Below are positions 21,346-33,090 of a DNA stretch of 59,408 nt, in pieces. The DNA is from Nitrosopumilaceae archaeon. Lineage in GTDB: Archaea; Thermoproteota; Nitrososphaeria; Nitrososphaerales; Nitrosopumilaceae. The stretch lies in assembly GCA_965200155.1 (NCBI GenBank), contig CBDATR010000022.1:1-59408 (forward strand), given 5' to 3'. The stretch's first letter is position 1, and each line of letters starts with the position of its first letter. The translations under genes were made by a program, and so were the position numbers. The notes under the pieces were generated by a model that was not told the DNA's origin, did no database searches, and was given only the letters and a program-made list of their open reading frames with translations.

Positions 21346-21840
21346 TTGGTTGTAACCTTTGATCAGGCACTAGATACCGATGAAACGGACAAGGGCAGTT
21401 CTGTACACAAGACACAGCGGGGTGATAAATTTGAGGAACTAATGTCACATTATTTCAGGAATAATAGTATCTACAAGGACGTAAAATTATGGTATGACTG
21501 GTTCCATGAACAAGGTGCCGTAATCTATCTGGTTGAAGACAAGGACTGTAAGTGCTGGAATGATGATTCTAGTATAGACTTGGAAAATATCACACCTCTT
21601 CGTAAGATGGACAGGCTCATTATTGTATTCACGGGTGCAAATGTAAGCAAGCATACTGAACGACGTTGTTATATTACAACTCGACAAATCGCTTTAGGCG
21701 TTGACCACAGCAATAATGTAGAGTGGACATATCATGGACCACGTACATACAAAGCGAGTGATATGGGGAATACACGGATCTGGTGCGCTAGGAACAAGCC
21801 CACCAAAGTAGGGACTGTACATCACAGGGGGACTCGCTGA
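21346..21840 (+). pseudogene. Decayed Mrr-like nuclease N-terminus of a Type ISP-like gene
   Basis: GDKFEELMSHYF..IYKDVKLWYDW resembles KGKLFERLVKSF..FKEVWLWNDY of the next gene. Confidence 0.5.
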
Positions 21841-24800
21841 TGGATGGATTCAGTAAAGCATTAGAGCATCTCCGCGTCATATCTGACGGGAATGGTCACA
21901 CCAAGGGTAAGCTGTTTGAGAGATTAGTAAAGTCATTCTTGGAGACTGACAATTTATACCGGGAACGATTCAAGGAAGTATGGCTATGGAATGACTATCC
22001 TGATCGAGATGGCCGAGCTGATTTCGGTGTTGACCTAGTAGGGGAACAGAAGGATGGTTCGCGGTGTGCCATTCAGTGCAAGTTCTTTGATCGAAAACCG
22101 TTAACGAAGCGAGACATAGATAGTTTCCTAGAAGCCGGTTCCAGATCGGAATTTTGTAGTATGATTCTGTTCTATACTGGTACTGGTTATGGTAAGAAGG
22201 CAGAGGATGCCATGATTGGTCACAAATGCAAGGTGGTGAACCTTGAGTCCTTGGCTGGTAGTAACGTGGAGTGGCCGGATCTAGCCGCAGGTATCACTGA
22301 GGTAAAGCGAGTAGAACCATATTCTTTGCGGAAGCATCAAGGAAAGGCAATAGAGTCTGTCATGTCAGGATTGGAGAAGAATGATCGTGGTCAGCTGTTG
22401 ATGGCTTGTGGAACAGGCAAGACACTCACATCGTTACGGTTGGCGGAACAAATGGTTGGAGTAGGCGGGCTAGTACTATATGCCGTTCCCTCGATTTCTC
22501 TAATGCATCAGGCCATCCGGTATTATTCCGAGAATAGAACGATACCTCATTCTTATATCGGCGTCTGCTCAGATGTCAAAGTCAGTCACGGTGAGAGAAC
22601 GGACATACCAATAATAGAGATGGAGATAGGTGTCACAACTGATCATACCAGAATAGCAGAGGCTATAAAGAGTCATGATAGTCATTCCATGACTATTCTA
22701 TTCGTTACATATCATTCCATGAAGGCGGTGGTGGAGGCGCAGAAAATCTGCGGTAAATCATTTGATATTATACTTAGTGATGAGGCGCATCGCACTACTG
22801 GAGTCGAAGATAAGTCATCATTTACCATGATACATAATGATGTAATGGCCAAGAAGCGACTATACATGACCGCCACTCCGAGAATATACAAGGCGGCATC
22901 TAAGAGCCGGGCCAAAAAAGAGGATAAAATACTACATTCCATGGATGATGAAAAGATATTTGGGCCCGTTCTACATGAGTTATCATTCAGTGATGCAATA
23001 GATCAGCACTTACTATCAGACTATCAGGTTATCATTCTAGGTGTAGATGAACGGTATGGCCTGAACCACTCCATCATAGACACAACCACAGATGAGGGGG
23101 ATCTTAAACTGACGGACGCCGCTCGTATGCTGGGGCTGTATCGTGTACTAGAGCACCCGAATGACTCGATGTCACCACTACAGACTGCTATCGTTTACAC
23201 GAATCGTGTCCGTGACTCCAAGCGGTTTGAAAAGTCGTTCTCTAACCTGAGTGTAAGTAGTGGTTTCAGCTGTGATGCTAGACATGTGGACGGTACTCAG
23301 AACGCGTCCGTGCGAGCAGAGGCCATACAATGGCTGAGAAATAGTACTACTAACCCAAAGCAATGTCTTATACTCAGTAATGCAAAGTGTCTGTCAGAAG
23401 GTGTGGATGTCCCTGCCCTTGATGCAATATGTTTCATGGATCCTAAACGTTCCCAAGTGGAGATAGTACAAGCTGTTGGTAGAGTCATGAGGACGGCCCC
23501 TGGCAAAAAGTTTGGTTATGTAATAATACCCATAGGTGTACCGCCTGATGAAAAGTCTGTAAACATCTTGAATAATAACACAGTATTCAAGCAGGTCTGG
23601 GATGTCTTGCGCGCCATGCGCTCCCATGATCAAACAATGGGGATAGAGGCGGACATGGCCAGCATGAGGAAACGACCCCCTGGCAAGGTCCGGTTTATTG
23701 GTGTTGATCGTAACGGGAATGCCAGCGAACAGGACGGGAATGATGTCATAAAATTGGGTGAGCTAGATGTCCCCGCGGATATGCTATACTCAAAAATCGT
23801 CGAGGAGGTCGGTGATCGCCGTTACCTGGAACACTGGGCTAGTGACGTCGCGGATGTAGTACAAAGAATACAAAGCCGTATAGAGAGGGTTATCAAGCAA
23901 CCTGGTGTTGCCAGAAATAACTTTAATCATTTCATGAAAGGACTCCGGGAGATAATACACGACAGTCTTAAAGAGTCAGAGGGAATAGAGATGCTATCCC
24001 AGCATATGGTGACTAGAAGGATATTCAACACTCTATTCCAGAATGATGACTTTAACAGGAATAATCCCGTATCGGCCGCGCTGGACAAAGTCGTGGAAGA
24101 ATTACATGATCACGGTTTAGATACGGAGTTAAGAGATATAGAACAATTTTATCGTTCCATCGAGAACCGCGTCAGTGGTATAGACAATGATGCCCGTCAA
24201 CAAGTCATTAGTGAGTTGTATGGCTCCTTCTTTGAGAGGGCGTTCCCCAAGATGGCTGATAGATTGGGAATCGTGTACACGCCGGTTGAGATAGTTGACT
24301 TTATACTGAAATCAGTTGATCATGTCTCCAAGGAGAACTTTGGCCGGGGACTGACCGATGCCGGTGTCAATGTCATTGATCCATTCACCGGGACTGGAAC
24401 ATTCCTTACAAGACTGATGTCGCCGGATCTTGGAATAATACATGACGACGACATGGAAAGGAAATATCGCCATGAGCTATTCGCGTCTGAAATTGTATTA
24501 TTGGCATATTATATCGCAGCGGTGAATTGTGAATCCGTATATGGTTCCAGGACTGGTTCATTCAAGCAGTTTGAGGGATTGTCATTATGTGATACATTCA
24601 ATCCTGGACGTTTGGCTGAACACACTGGTGACGTCATGGCTGAGCCAAAGAAGCGTATTAGAAAACAACGAGAATCTGAGATTAATGTGGTTATATGTAA
24701 TCCACCATATTCTAGTGGACAAAAGTCGGCTAGTGATGACAACAAGAATGTCTCTCACCCCATTCTAGAACGACACATAAAGAACACCTATACGAGTAAG

Positions 24801-26671
24801 GCGCGTAACGTTGGCTTCAAGGGAGCCATACTGAACCCAAATAACTCATACATCAAGGCCATTCGTTGGACATCTGATAGAATAGGGGAATCAGGAGTAA
24901 TCGGTTTCATAACACCGTCTGGTTTCATTACCGGGAATAGTGAGGCGGGAATACGCGCCTGTCTTGAAATGGAGTTCACCGACATATACTGCTTTGACTT
25001 GAGGGGTGATGTAAAAGGTAAGCAGGATTGGAGACGAGAGGGTGGTAAGATATTTGGGAGTGGCTCAACTGTGGGCACCGCTATAACCATCCTGGTGAAG
25101 AACCCCGCCAAACATCATTCTACGATTCACTATCATGACATCGGCGACTACCTGAGTAGAGAGGAAAAGTTGGAAATCATAAAAGAACATGGTTCCATTG
25201 CAGGAATGGAATGGGAGATTATAACACCGGATAGATTCTATGACTGGCTGAATCAGCGTGAATCCAGTGATGAGTGGGATTCCATCACTCCAATGGGAAG
25301 TAAGGAGGGAAAACGTGGGAAGACCAATGATGTAATGTTTGGAATGTATTCCAGTGGGTTGAAAACCCATCGAGATGATTGGGTATACAACGCATCGCCC
25401 CAAGACCTGGAAGAGAATATGAGAAGAACCATAGAACATTGTGCTGTGCAGGATCTGGATGATTTTGACAAAGATGTAAAATATGTTGCATGGTCCAAAG
25501 AGATGACGCGAGATCTAAAAAAGATGGCGCCAAGCAAACCCAGGTTCAATAAAACAAAGATCAGGACAGCACTGTATAGACCATTCCTGAAACAGTATCT
25601 ATATGCAGACTATGAAGTAATGGTATCCACACCCTCTAATATCCCCTCATTCTACCCACACCCCGACTCCAAGAATCATTCTATTATGGTGCCGGATAAA
25701 ATAAAGGGTGAGTTCTCTACGTTTGTCACTGATATCACGCCCGATCTTCACATCCACGAGGCATCCCAGTGCTTCCCCATGAGAGTCAAGAAACAAAAGG
25801 ACAAGAATAGACATGTGGTAGGTAGCCAGTCAGCCAGTCAGCCAGTCAGCCAGTCAGCCAGTCAGCCATCGAGAACCTGGCGATAATAGTCCCGGACAAG
25901 ATCAAGGGTGAATTCTCAGTATTCATAACGGGAATAGCACCGGATCTGGAAGTGGTGCATCACGGGCAGGTATTCCCCATGTTCACACAGTCACCGGAGG
26001 TGATGAAGCAAAAGGATAACATCACCGACTATTCCCTGGAACTATACCAGAAACGATATAATGATGACTCCATAACCAAGGAGGACATCTTCTACTACAC
26101 CTATGGCATCCTACATCATAATGGTTATCGTTCCAAGTATAGGGTATTCCTTGTTAGAGGATTGCCGAATATTCCCATGGCGCCTGACTTCCATGGAATC
26201 ATGAGAGCAGGCCGAGAACTAGCTGACTTACACCTGAACTATGAGACATGCCCACGTTATGACTTGGGTGAGCCGCTTCACTCCATACCTGATCACCCAA
26301 GAACGATTAGATTTGGTAAGAAACCAAATAGAACCGGTTCCCCGGGCCCCAAAGACAAACCGGATCCGTCAACCATCATAATAGACGGCCAAAAGATATA
26401 CGATAACATACCATTAATCAATTACAAAGTGAATGGCCGTACACCTGTAGGATGGTTAACCTTCATACCAAAGAAGGCAAGGAGTGGGATAGATAGGTAC
26501 CCATTCCGGGTCTTTACAGGAGAACAGATCCGAGCCATGCTGGAACGACTAGTACATGTCGGTCTAGAATCCGATAGGATCATAGCCAACCTCCCAACTG
26601 AGTTCGAGATGGATGATATCAAGACAGAACCAACCGGCCTGGACAAGTACTACAAGGCGCCTATTCCCTAG
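21840..26671 (+). CDS. Type ISP restriction-modification enzyme (LlaGI/LlaBIII-like), frameshifted at an 8-bp repeat (ORFs 21840-25886 and 25952-26671)
   Basis: Mrr-like GVDLV..AIQCK, SF2 helicase ACGTGKT/DEAH, MTase DPFTGTG/NPPY, C-terminal TRD (DIFYY.YGILH). Confidence 0.92.
25824..25868 (+). repeat. Simple sequence repeat (AGCCAGTC) x5.6
   Basis: Five perfect 8-mers plus AGCCA at the frameshift site. Confidence 0.95.
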
Positions 26672-26859
26672 AATATTTGTCTAGCATATGGTTGCCCTTA
26701 TACTCATCGGTGCAATCTTTGGCCTCATCTAATTATTCCTGTAGAGTGAGCGGCTGTCCTTTATGATTTTTACATAATATGTTAGAGCGCCAGTGTGAAC
26801 CGGAATATCAGTATTAAGACGGTTCTATGCGGCATATTTCTTCTGAACCCCCTTCACGT

Positions 26860-27184
26860 ACCACTAGGACGGCTGATCAGTCCCATGGTGGCCATACCAC
26901 ATGATCAAGAATCCACGGCACATGGCTGATCAGTCCCATGGTGGCAGCATCACATGATCAAGAACACCCGGCACATGGCTGATCAGCCCCGTGGTAACCA
27001 TATCAAGAACCCCCCGGCTGCTGATCAAGTCCCATGGTAACCATCCTACAAAAATTTCACTGGCACCATTCCAGGAGTGGTAATAGGCAGGTATGAGACT
27101 CACGGGTCCTTCAGGTGAATGGGCCGTTATTAGAACAAGTTAATACCATTGGAAATCATTCCAGCCCATGACCCGCCTTTTAAG
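26860..27184 (-). repeat. TGATCA array C (short) with leader 27040-27184
   Basis: Same units and leader as arrays A and B. Confidence 0.85.
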
Positions 27185-27198
27185 GGAGGAATAATTCC

Positions 27199-29619
27199 AT
27201 GGCCGCGCTTGACAGAGTCGTAGAAGAATTACATGATCACGGTTTAGATACGGAGTTAAGAGATATAGAACAATTTTATCGTTCCATCGAGAACCGCGTG
27301 AATGGTCTAGACAGTAATGATGCCCGCCAAAAAGTCATTAGTGAGTTGCATGGCTCCTTTGAGAGGGCGTTCCCCAAGATGGCTGACAGATTGGGAATCG
27401 TGTACACGCCAGTTGAGATAGTGGATTTCATACTGAAATCAGTTGATCATGTCTCCAAGGAGAACTTTGGCCGGGGACTGACCGATGCCGGTGTCAATGT
27501 CATTGATCCATTCACCGGGACTGGAACATTCCTTACAAGACTGATGTCACCGGATCTTGGAATAATACTTGATGCAGACATAGAGAGGAAGTACAAGTAT
27601 GAACTCTTTGCCAGTGAGATTGTGTTATTGGCATATTATATCGCAACGATGAATTGTGAGTCCGTATATGGTTCCAGGACTGGTTCATTCAAGCAGTTTG
27701 AGGGATTGTCCTTATGTGATACATTCAATCCTGGACGTTTGGAAGAATACACTGGTGATGTCATGGCTGAGACAAAGAAGCGTATTAGAAAACAACGAGA
27801 ATCTGAGATTCATGTGGTTGTATGTAATCCACCATATTCTAGTGGACAAAAATCAGCCAGCGAGGACAACAAGAATGATTCCCACCCGGTACTTGAGGCT
27901 CGCATAAAGAACACCTATACGAGTAAGGCGCGTAACGTTGGCTTCAAGGGAGCCATACTTAACCCCAATAACTCATATGTCAAGGCCATTCGTTGGGCAT
28001 CAGACAGGATAGGGGAATCGGGAATCATTGGAGTCATAACGCCCTCTGGTTATATCACGGGGAATAGTGAGGCGGGAATACGCGCCTGTCTGGGAATGGA
28101 GTTCACCGATGTGTACTGCTTTGATCTGAGGGGTGATGTGGAAAAAAGTGACTGGCGACGTGAGGGTGGCAGGATATTTGGGAGTGGTTCAACTGTGGGC
28201 ACCGCTATAACCATCCTGGTCAAGGGGGCGGCAAAGCCGCCCAACAAGAACCCCGCCAAACACCATTCTACGATTCACTATCACGACATCGGCGACTACT
28301 TGAGTAGAGAGAAAAAGTTGGAAATCATAAAAGAGTATGGTTCCATTGCAGGAATGGAATGGGAGATTATAACACCGGATCGATTCTGTGACTGGCTGAA
28401 TCAGCGTGAATCCAGTGAACAGTGGGATTCCATGACTTCAATGGGTATACGCAGAAGGGATAGAAAAGAAAAGAACCAAAAATCAGAATCAATGTTTGGT
28501 GTATTCTCTAGAGGAGTGATAACAAGTAGAGATGATTGGGTATACAACGCATCGCCACAAGACCTGGAAGTGAATATGAGACGTACAATAGAGTATTGCT
28601 CCAAGCAGGACCTAGATCACTTTGACATAAACGAGAAGGATGTAGCATGGACCCCCATATTGGAGAAGAAGATAAGAGATAACGGAAATCCTGAGTTTAA
28701 TCGGTCCAATATTAGGATATCACTGTATCGTCCATTCATCAAACAATACCTATACTTGGATTCAACCCTCGTTGAACACGAATATCATATCCCCTCATTC
28801 TACCCACACCCAGACTCCAAGAATCATTCTATTATGGTGCCTGACAAAATAAAGGGTGAGTTCTCTGTAATGATAACGGGAATAACGCCGGATCTACAAG
28901 TGATAACCAACGGGCAGGTATTCCCCATGTTCACAGTCACTGGAGGTGATGATTCCATGAAGGACAACATCACCGACTATTCCCTGGAACGATACCAGAA
29001 ACGATATAATGATGACTCCATAACTAAAGAGGACATCTTCTACTACATCTATGGCATTCTACATCATAATGGTTATCGTTCCAAGTATCAAGCATTCCTT
29101 GTTAGAGGATTTCCGAATATTCCCATGGCGCCTGACTTTCATGGAATCATGAGAGCAGGCCGAGAACTAGCACGACTGCACCTAAATTATGAGACATGTC
29201 CCCGTTATGATCTTGGTGAGCCACTTCACACCATACCAGATCACCCAAGAACGATTAGATTTGGCAGGAAACCAAATAGAACCGGTTCCCCGGGTCCCAA
29301 AGACAAACCGGATCCGTCAACCATTATAATAGATGGCCAAAAGATATACGATAACATACCATTAATCAATTACAAGGCGAATGGTAGGACACCAGTAGGA
29401 TGGTTAACATTCATTCCAAAGAGTTCCAAGAGTGGCATAGACAGGTACCCGTTCCGGGTCTTTACAGGGGAACAAATCCGTGCCATGGTAGAACGACTAG
29501 TACATGTCGGGCTAGAATCCGATAGGATCATAAACGGTCTACCGGAGCAATTCGAGATGGGTGATATCAAGACAGAGCCTACTGGCCTGGACAAGTACTA
29601 CAAGGTGTCTATTCCCTAG
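27199..29619 (+). CDS. N-terminally truncated Type ISP copy (coupler-MTase-TRD only) with a different TRD
   Basis: Near-identical to 24074-26671 except for the TRD segments; lacks nuclease and helicase. Confidence 0.85.
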   Translation: MAALDRVVEELHDHGLDTELRDIEQFYRSIENRVNGLDSNDARQKVISELHGSFERAFPKMADRLGIVYTPVEIVDFILKSVDHVSKENFGRGLTDAGVNVIDPFTGTGTFLTRLMSPDLGIILDADIERKYKYELFASEIVLLAYYIATMNCESVYGSRTGSFKQFEGLSLCDTFNPGRLEEYTGDVMAETKKRIRKQRESEIHVVVCNPPYSSGQKSASEDNKNDSHPVLEARIKNTYTSKARNVGFKGAILNPNNSYVKAIRWASDRIGESGIIGVITPSGYITGNSEAGIRACLGMEFTDVYCFDLRGDVEKSDWRREGGRIFGSGSTVGTAITILVKGAAKPPNKNPAKHHSTIHYHDIGDYLSREKKLEIIKEYGSIAGMEWEIITPDRFCDWLNQRESSEQWDSMTSMGIRRRDRKEKNQKSESMFGVFSRGVITSRDDWVYNASPQDLEVNMRRTIEYCSKQDLDHFDINEKDVAWTPILEKKIRDNGNPEFNRSNIRISLYRPFIKQYLYLDSTLVEHEYHIPSFYPHPDSKNHSIMVPDKIKGEFSVMITGITPDLQVITNGQVFPMFTVTGGDDSMKDNITDYSLERYQKRYNDDSITKEDIFYYIYGILHHNGYRSKYQAFLVRGFPNIPMAPDFHGIMRAGRELARLHLNYETCPRYDLGEPLHTIPDHPRTIRFGRKPNRTGSPGPKDKPDPSTIIIDGQKIYDNIPLINYKANGRTPVGWLTFIPKSSKSGIDRYPFRVFTGEQIRAMVERLVHVGLESDRIINGLPEQFEMGDIKTEPTGLDKYYKVSIP

Positions 29620-30090
29620 GATATTTGTCTAGCGTATGATTGTCTTCATACATCGGTGCAATCTTTGGTCTCATCTAATTATTCAGTAGAGTGAGCGGCT
29701 GTCCTTTATGATTTTTACATGTTAGAGCGCCAGCGCGAACCGGAATATCAGTATTAAGACGGTTCTATGCGGTATATTTCTTCTGAGCCTTCACGTACCA
29801 CTACTGTTATGCCTGGAGCTTCAGATGCTTTGCATCCCCAATTGCACCATTCCTGGCACTATTCTGTGTATGGATTAAATCGAATCCGTTAGGCTTCATT
29901 CCTACTACCCAGTATGTCATAGAATGGTAATCACATAGGTAAAAGGCATGGTGAATTCATGAACGTAGAGCAGCTTGGAAAAATGCCATTATATATTTAA
30001 GTCAATGTTGGAGCGAGCCAGTCGGAAGCGCGGACACTCTTTCATAGTTCAAAATAGACAGTAGATGTGTAACTTGGTCCGTAAACATGC

Positions 30091-30324
30091 TTGAATGGAA
30101 ATTTCATGATTCATTTCATGGACAAGATGGAACTATTGGAAGAGTGTTATGACATATTTGAAAAGATATTAGAGAAGGCTAGTCCGGAAGCGCGGCCCAT
30201 ACTGGAAAGAATAGTCAGTGGGAGAGAGGAAGTCTGTAGGATAACACGCGAGATAGACGAGTTACAAAAGATGGAATCGGCAATCAAAGCGAGAGGCCGG
30301 GTAGTCGTCTTAATCATTAAATAA
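30091..30324 (+). CDS. Small helical hypothetical protein
   Basis: ORF with charged coiled-coil-like composition. Confidence 0.45.
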   Translation: MNGNFMIHFMDKMELLEECYDIFEKILEKASPEARPILERIVSGREEVCRITREIDELQKMESAIKARGRVVVLIIK

Positions 30325-30401
30325 TTATATATATACTATGACCGTATTGTACAATTATGAAGGAGGCTGAACAAAACATCTCTATTGTTAACCTGCGCGG
30401 T

Positions 30402-30430
30402 ATTTCCGCAGCCTAACGGCCCCATTGAAG
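30402..30430 (+). repeat. Solitary CRISPR-repeat-like unit, copy c
   Basis: ATTTCCGCAGCCTAACGGCCCCATTGAAG; ~35 nt upstream shared with copy a. Confidence 0.6.
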
Positions 30431-30436
30431 TGTGTC

Positions 30437-30448
30437 AACCCATTAACC
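30437..30448 (+). promoter_or_regulatory. AACCCATTAACC promoter-like motif
   Basis: 26 nt before the pilin ATG. Confidence 0.65.
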
Positions 30449-30474
30449 TAACATCTTAGCACTATTATGGTAAG

Positions 30475-31209
30475 ATGGAAAATATACGAACTGAAACAGT
30501 TCATGCAAGACCCGCCATATCGGGATTAGTAGTCACATTAATTCTAGTTGGTGTGGGTGCAGGCATGACCTTTGCCGCGTTAGGCGGTATCCAGGACAAT
30601 CTGGGCGGCCTAGCAGGGACTAATAAGGTAGTGATAGAGTCGGTTAACGCTTATGTCGCTGGTGACAGGATGGTCATCACGGGCAACTTGAAAAATATCG
30701 GGTCCGTTCCGCTAACATCAGTTACCATTGATGAGATAACTGCCGGTGCTTTAGTTATCACACAGGATGGTACTATTGAAGATGGTGAACTAGGAACTAG
30801 TCATGGTAATATGGAGTTAACAGGGTTGGCGAATGATGGAAGTGCCAGCAAGACTGTTCTCACTTCTGGTTCATGTACTGGTGGTACCGGGTATGTTACC
30901 GGAAGTGGTGATTTTAATTTCGCCGCGACCAATGCTGGTACTGACTGCACCGCCAGTGTACATGTTACAGGACTATCCACTTCAAAGGATAACAGTGAAG
31001 CACTACAACCAGGCACATCCAAATCATTCAGGATCACAATACATGGTGATTCACAAGTTGCTAGTAGTCCTACTGGCCCCTATGAAGCCACACTAGACCC
31101 CAAAAAAACAGTCCCCGCCTCAACAAAGATAACCATCACTATAGCAGGAACGGACGGCAAGACTAGTACCATTTCGGATGCCCGTTCCACGAATGTCAAG
31201 TACCGATAG
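30475..31209 (+). CDS. Archaeal type IV pilin-like protein
   Basis: Class III-like signal RPA|ISGLVVTLILVGV; LKNIGS and LQPGTSK motifs typical of archaeal pilin globular domains. Confidence 0.8.
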   Translation: MENIRTETVHARPAISGLVVTLILVGVGAGMTFAALGGIQDNLGGLAGTNKVVIESVNAYVAGDRMVITGNLKNIGSVPLTSVTIDEITAGALVITQDGTIEDGELGTSHGNMELTGLANDGSASKTVLTSGSCTGGTGYVTGSGDFNFAATNAGTDCTASVHVTGLSTSKDNSEALQPGTSKSFRITIHGDSQVASSPTGPYEATLDPKKTVPASTKITITIAGTDGKTSTISDARSTNVKYR

Positions 31210-31673
31210 AGAACAATTTTTACATTTTTCAATGGAATGGTTCCGGTGGGACCACTCTCAGCCTGGGACTGGCATTTCTTGTTGGACTGGAATAACAGTC
31301 CCTTGTCAGTCCAGGAATAATTCAATCATGGGCCGAGAATGTCACTAATCTCATCCATTTGTGGCTTTCGCTCCGTCCGCAAGTTCATAGTTTTTCTTTA
31401 CTCTAGCCATTTCCTATACGTCCATCATTAGGTTAATGTCATGGATGTGAGTTTAAATTAACTTATACTATATTCTTATACCAATATGATATACTTACAG
31501 ACGAGTTAGAGGTAAAATTTGGGCATCTGGATGATGAGGGAGAGTTCGCGGATATAGCCCGCCGCATGCACCAGGTAAGAGCCGAGCTAGATGAGTACAA
31601 GCGCGAGCATGGTATTGGGTGGTTCCTGGAATCATTCTATCACAATGGCGGCAGGGCATTCCTTTCCTAGTTG

Positions 31674-31704
31674 CTTCCCCTGCAGCCTAGCGGTCCCTTG
31701 AAGT
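31674..31704 (+). repeat. Solitary CRISPR-repeat-like unit, copy d (degenerate)
   Basis: CTTCCCCTGCAGCCTAGCGGTCCCTTGAAGT, overlapping the stop codon of 31687-33090. Confidence 0.5.
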
Positions 31705-33090
31705 ACGCAAACTACCTGCTACACCGCTAGCTCCACCGGTCCTCTTGAAGGCACCAACGCCTCCCTGTGCTGTCTGTATCATTATCGTGAATTTGCCTGT
31801 AACCATTCCTGCTACATCGCTGAAAGCGCCCAACGATACAACAGGTATGGCTACCACCATGGCTACTATCGATGTCACGAATAACCACACTATAACCAAG
31901 TCATTCCCAAATTCGGTCAGTAACATGGTAGTCATCATTTCTGATGAAATAGCGAATAGTATGGCAATCTCCAGCGGATACACAAGAGCTGCCAGTAGCA
32001 TACCCGGGGCGAACTTTGATATCACTGCCTGAACATTTCCCAGATGTATATCCCTCCAGGGTATCAACCCCATGAGGAAAAAGAACGGCATGAAAATAAT
32101 CATGGTAGCGACACCCACATCTACTATAACGTTTGAGACGACCATCATGATTCCACTCATGATTACAGCCTGCGCTTTAATCATGCCCAACATGATATTA
32201 ATGAAGAACTCGCCAAGTCCTCTCATTATCCAGTCACTGGCGTTCTGCCCCATGGATGTTAACATTACCCAGAATGAACCAGTAGTATCTATTGGCGGCG
32301 GTATTGCCTTTGTCTGGCCGCCCCACTGCTCCAGCATGTAACGCACACGCATATCCGGTTTACATACTGCCTCAAAATCACTGGGATCCGCGTGCACCAA
32401 TAAATACTGGTGTTCCATACGGGCATCCTGATACTCCATTCCACTGGTATCAAGAATGATATTATAGTCCTGTATCATATACCAGTGAGCAGGACATGGA
32501 TACTCCTTGTCACCTGAGTATAGTGGGTTCAGTATCTTGGCGGCCGCCCACGCAGAGCCGTCAGTGGCGGCATCCCATATTACCGGGAATATGAATAATA
32601 GAATGATACACAGGGCGCACTTTGATGGCAAACTACTCACCCATGCCCACAAATCAAAATCACCGAATCTTAAACTACTACTCCTGGGTTCCCCCCCAAG
32701 AATAATGGTATCTCTCTCCTGTATTTTCAGGAATTCACCATGTCGTCTCATTATATCATGTACTTGATCAACTGGCCGTGTTCTCTCCCCGCCAAGAACC
32801 GCTGTAACCTTGTGGCCGAAACGGCCTGTCAGTATATATGCAATCGACCCTATCACTATGAGTGGTATTATCACTACATCCCGTTGCGACTTGAACGTAT
32901 TGAATAGAATACTTCCCGACTCTATTCCATTCTCCATGGAGTAGTTGAACCGCGGCATCTCGGTCAATATCTCTACAAAATTCTCCACCAGGAAATTCTT
33001 GATAAAATCCGCTATTCCGAGAATCGCCGCAATAAATACAACCACTACTATAATATCAACTGCTATCTGTATTATCCACTGTATAGCCAA
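31687..33090 (-). CDS. Polytopic membrane protein, VirB6/TrbL-like
   Basis: N-terminal TMs, large loop, C-terminal TM bundle and Gly-rich tail; context suggests conjugation (inference). Confidence 0.55.
   Translation of the reverse strand: MAIQWIIQIAVDIIVVVVFIAAILGIADFIKNFLVENFVEILTEMPRFNYSMENGIESGSILFNTFKSQRDVVIIPLIVIGSIAYILTGRFGHKVTAVLGGERTRPVDQVHDIMRRHGEFLKIQERDTIILGGEPRSSSLRFGDFDLWAWVSSLPSKCALCIILLFIFPVIWDAATDGSAWAAAKILNPLYSGDKEYPCPAHWYMIQDYNIILDTSGMEYQDARMEHQYLLVHADPSDFEAVCKPDMRVRYMLEQWGGQTKAIPPPIDTTGSFWVMLTSMGQNASDWIMRGLGEFFINIMLGMIKAQAVIMSGIMMVVSNVIVDVGVATMIIFMPFFFLMGLIPWRDIHLGNVQAVISKFAPGMLLAALVYPLEIAILFAISSEMMTTMLLTEFGNDLVIVWLFVTSIVAMVVAIPVVSLGAFSDVAGMVTGKFTIMIQTAQGGVGAFKRTGGASGVAGSLRTSRDR

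Noticed and set aside
25692-25981. TRD cassettes as a diversity-generating retroelement TR/VR pair
   Set aside because: Differences are not restricted to adenines and no reverse transcriptase is in the window
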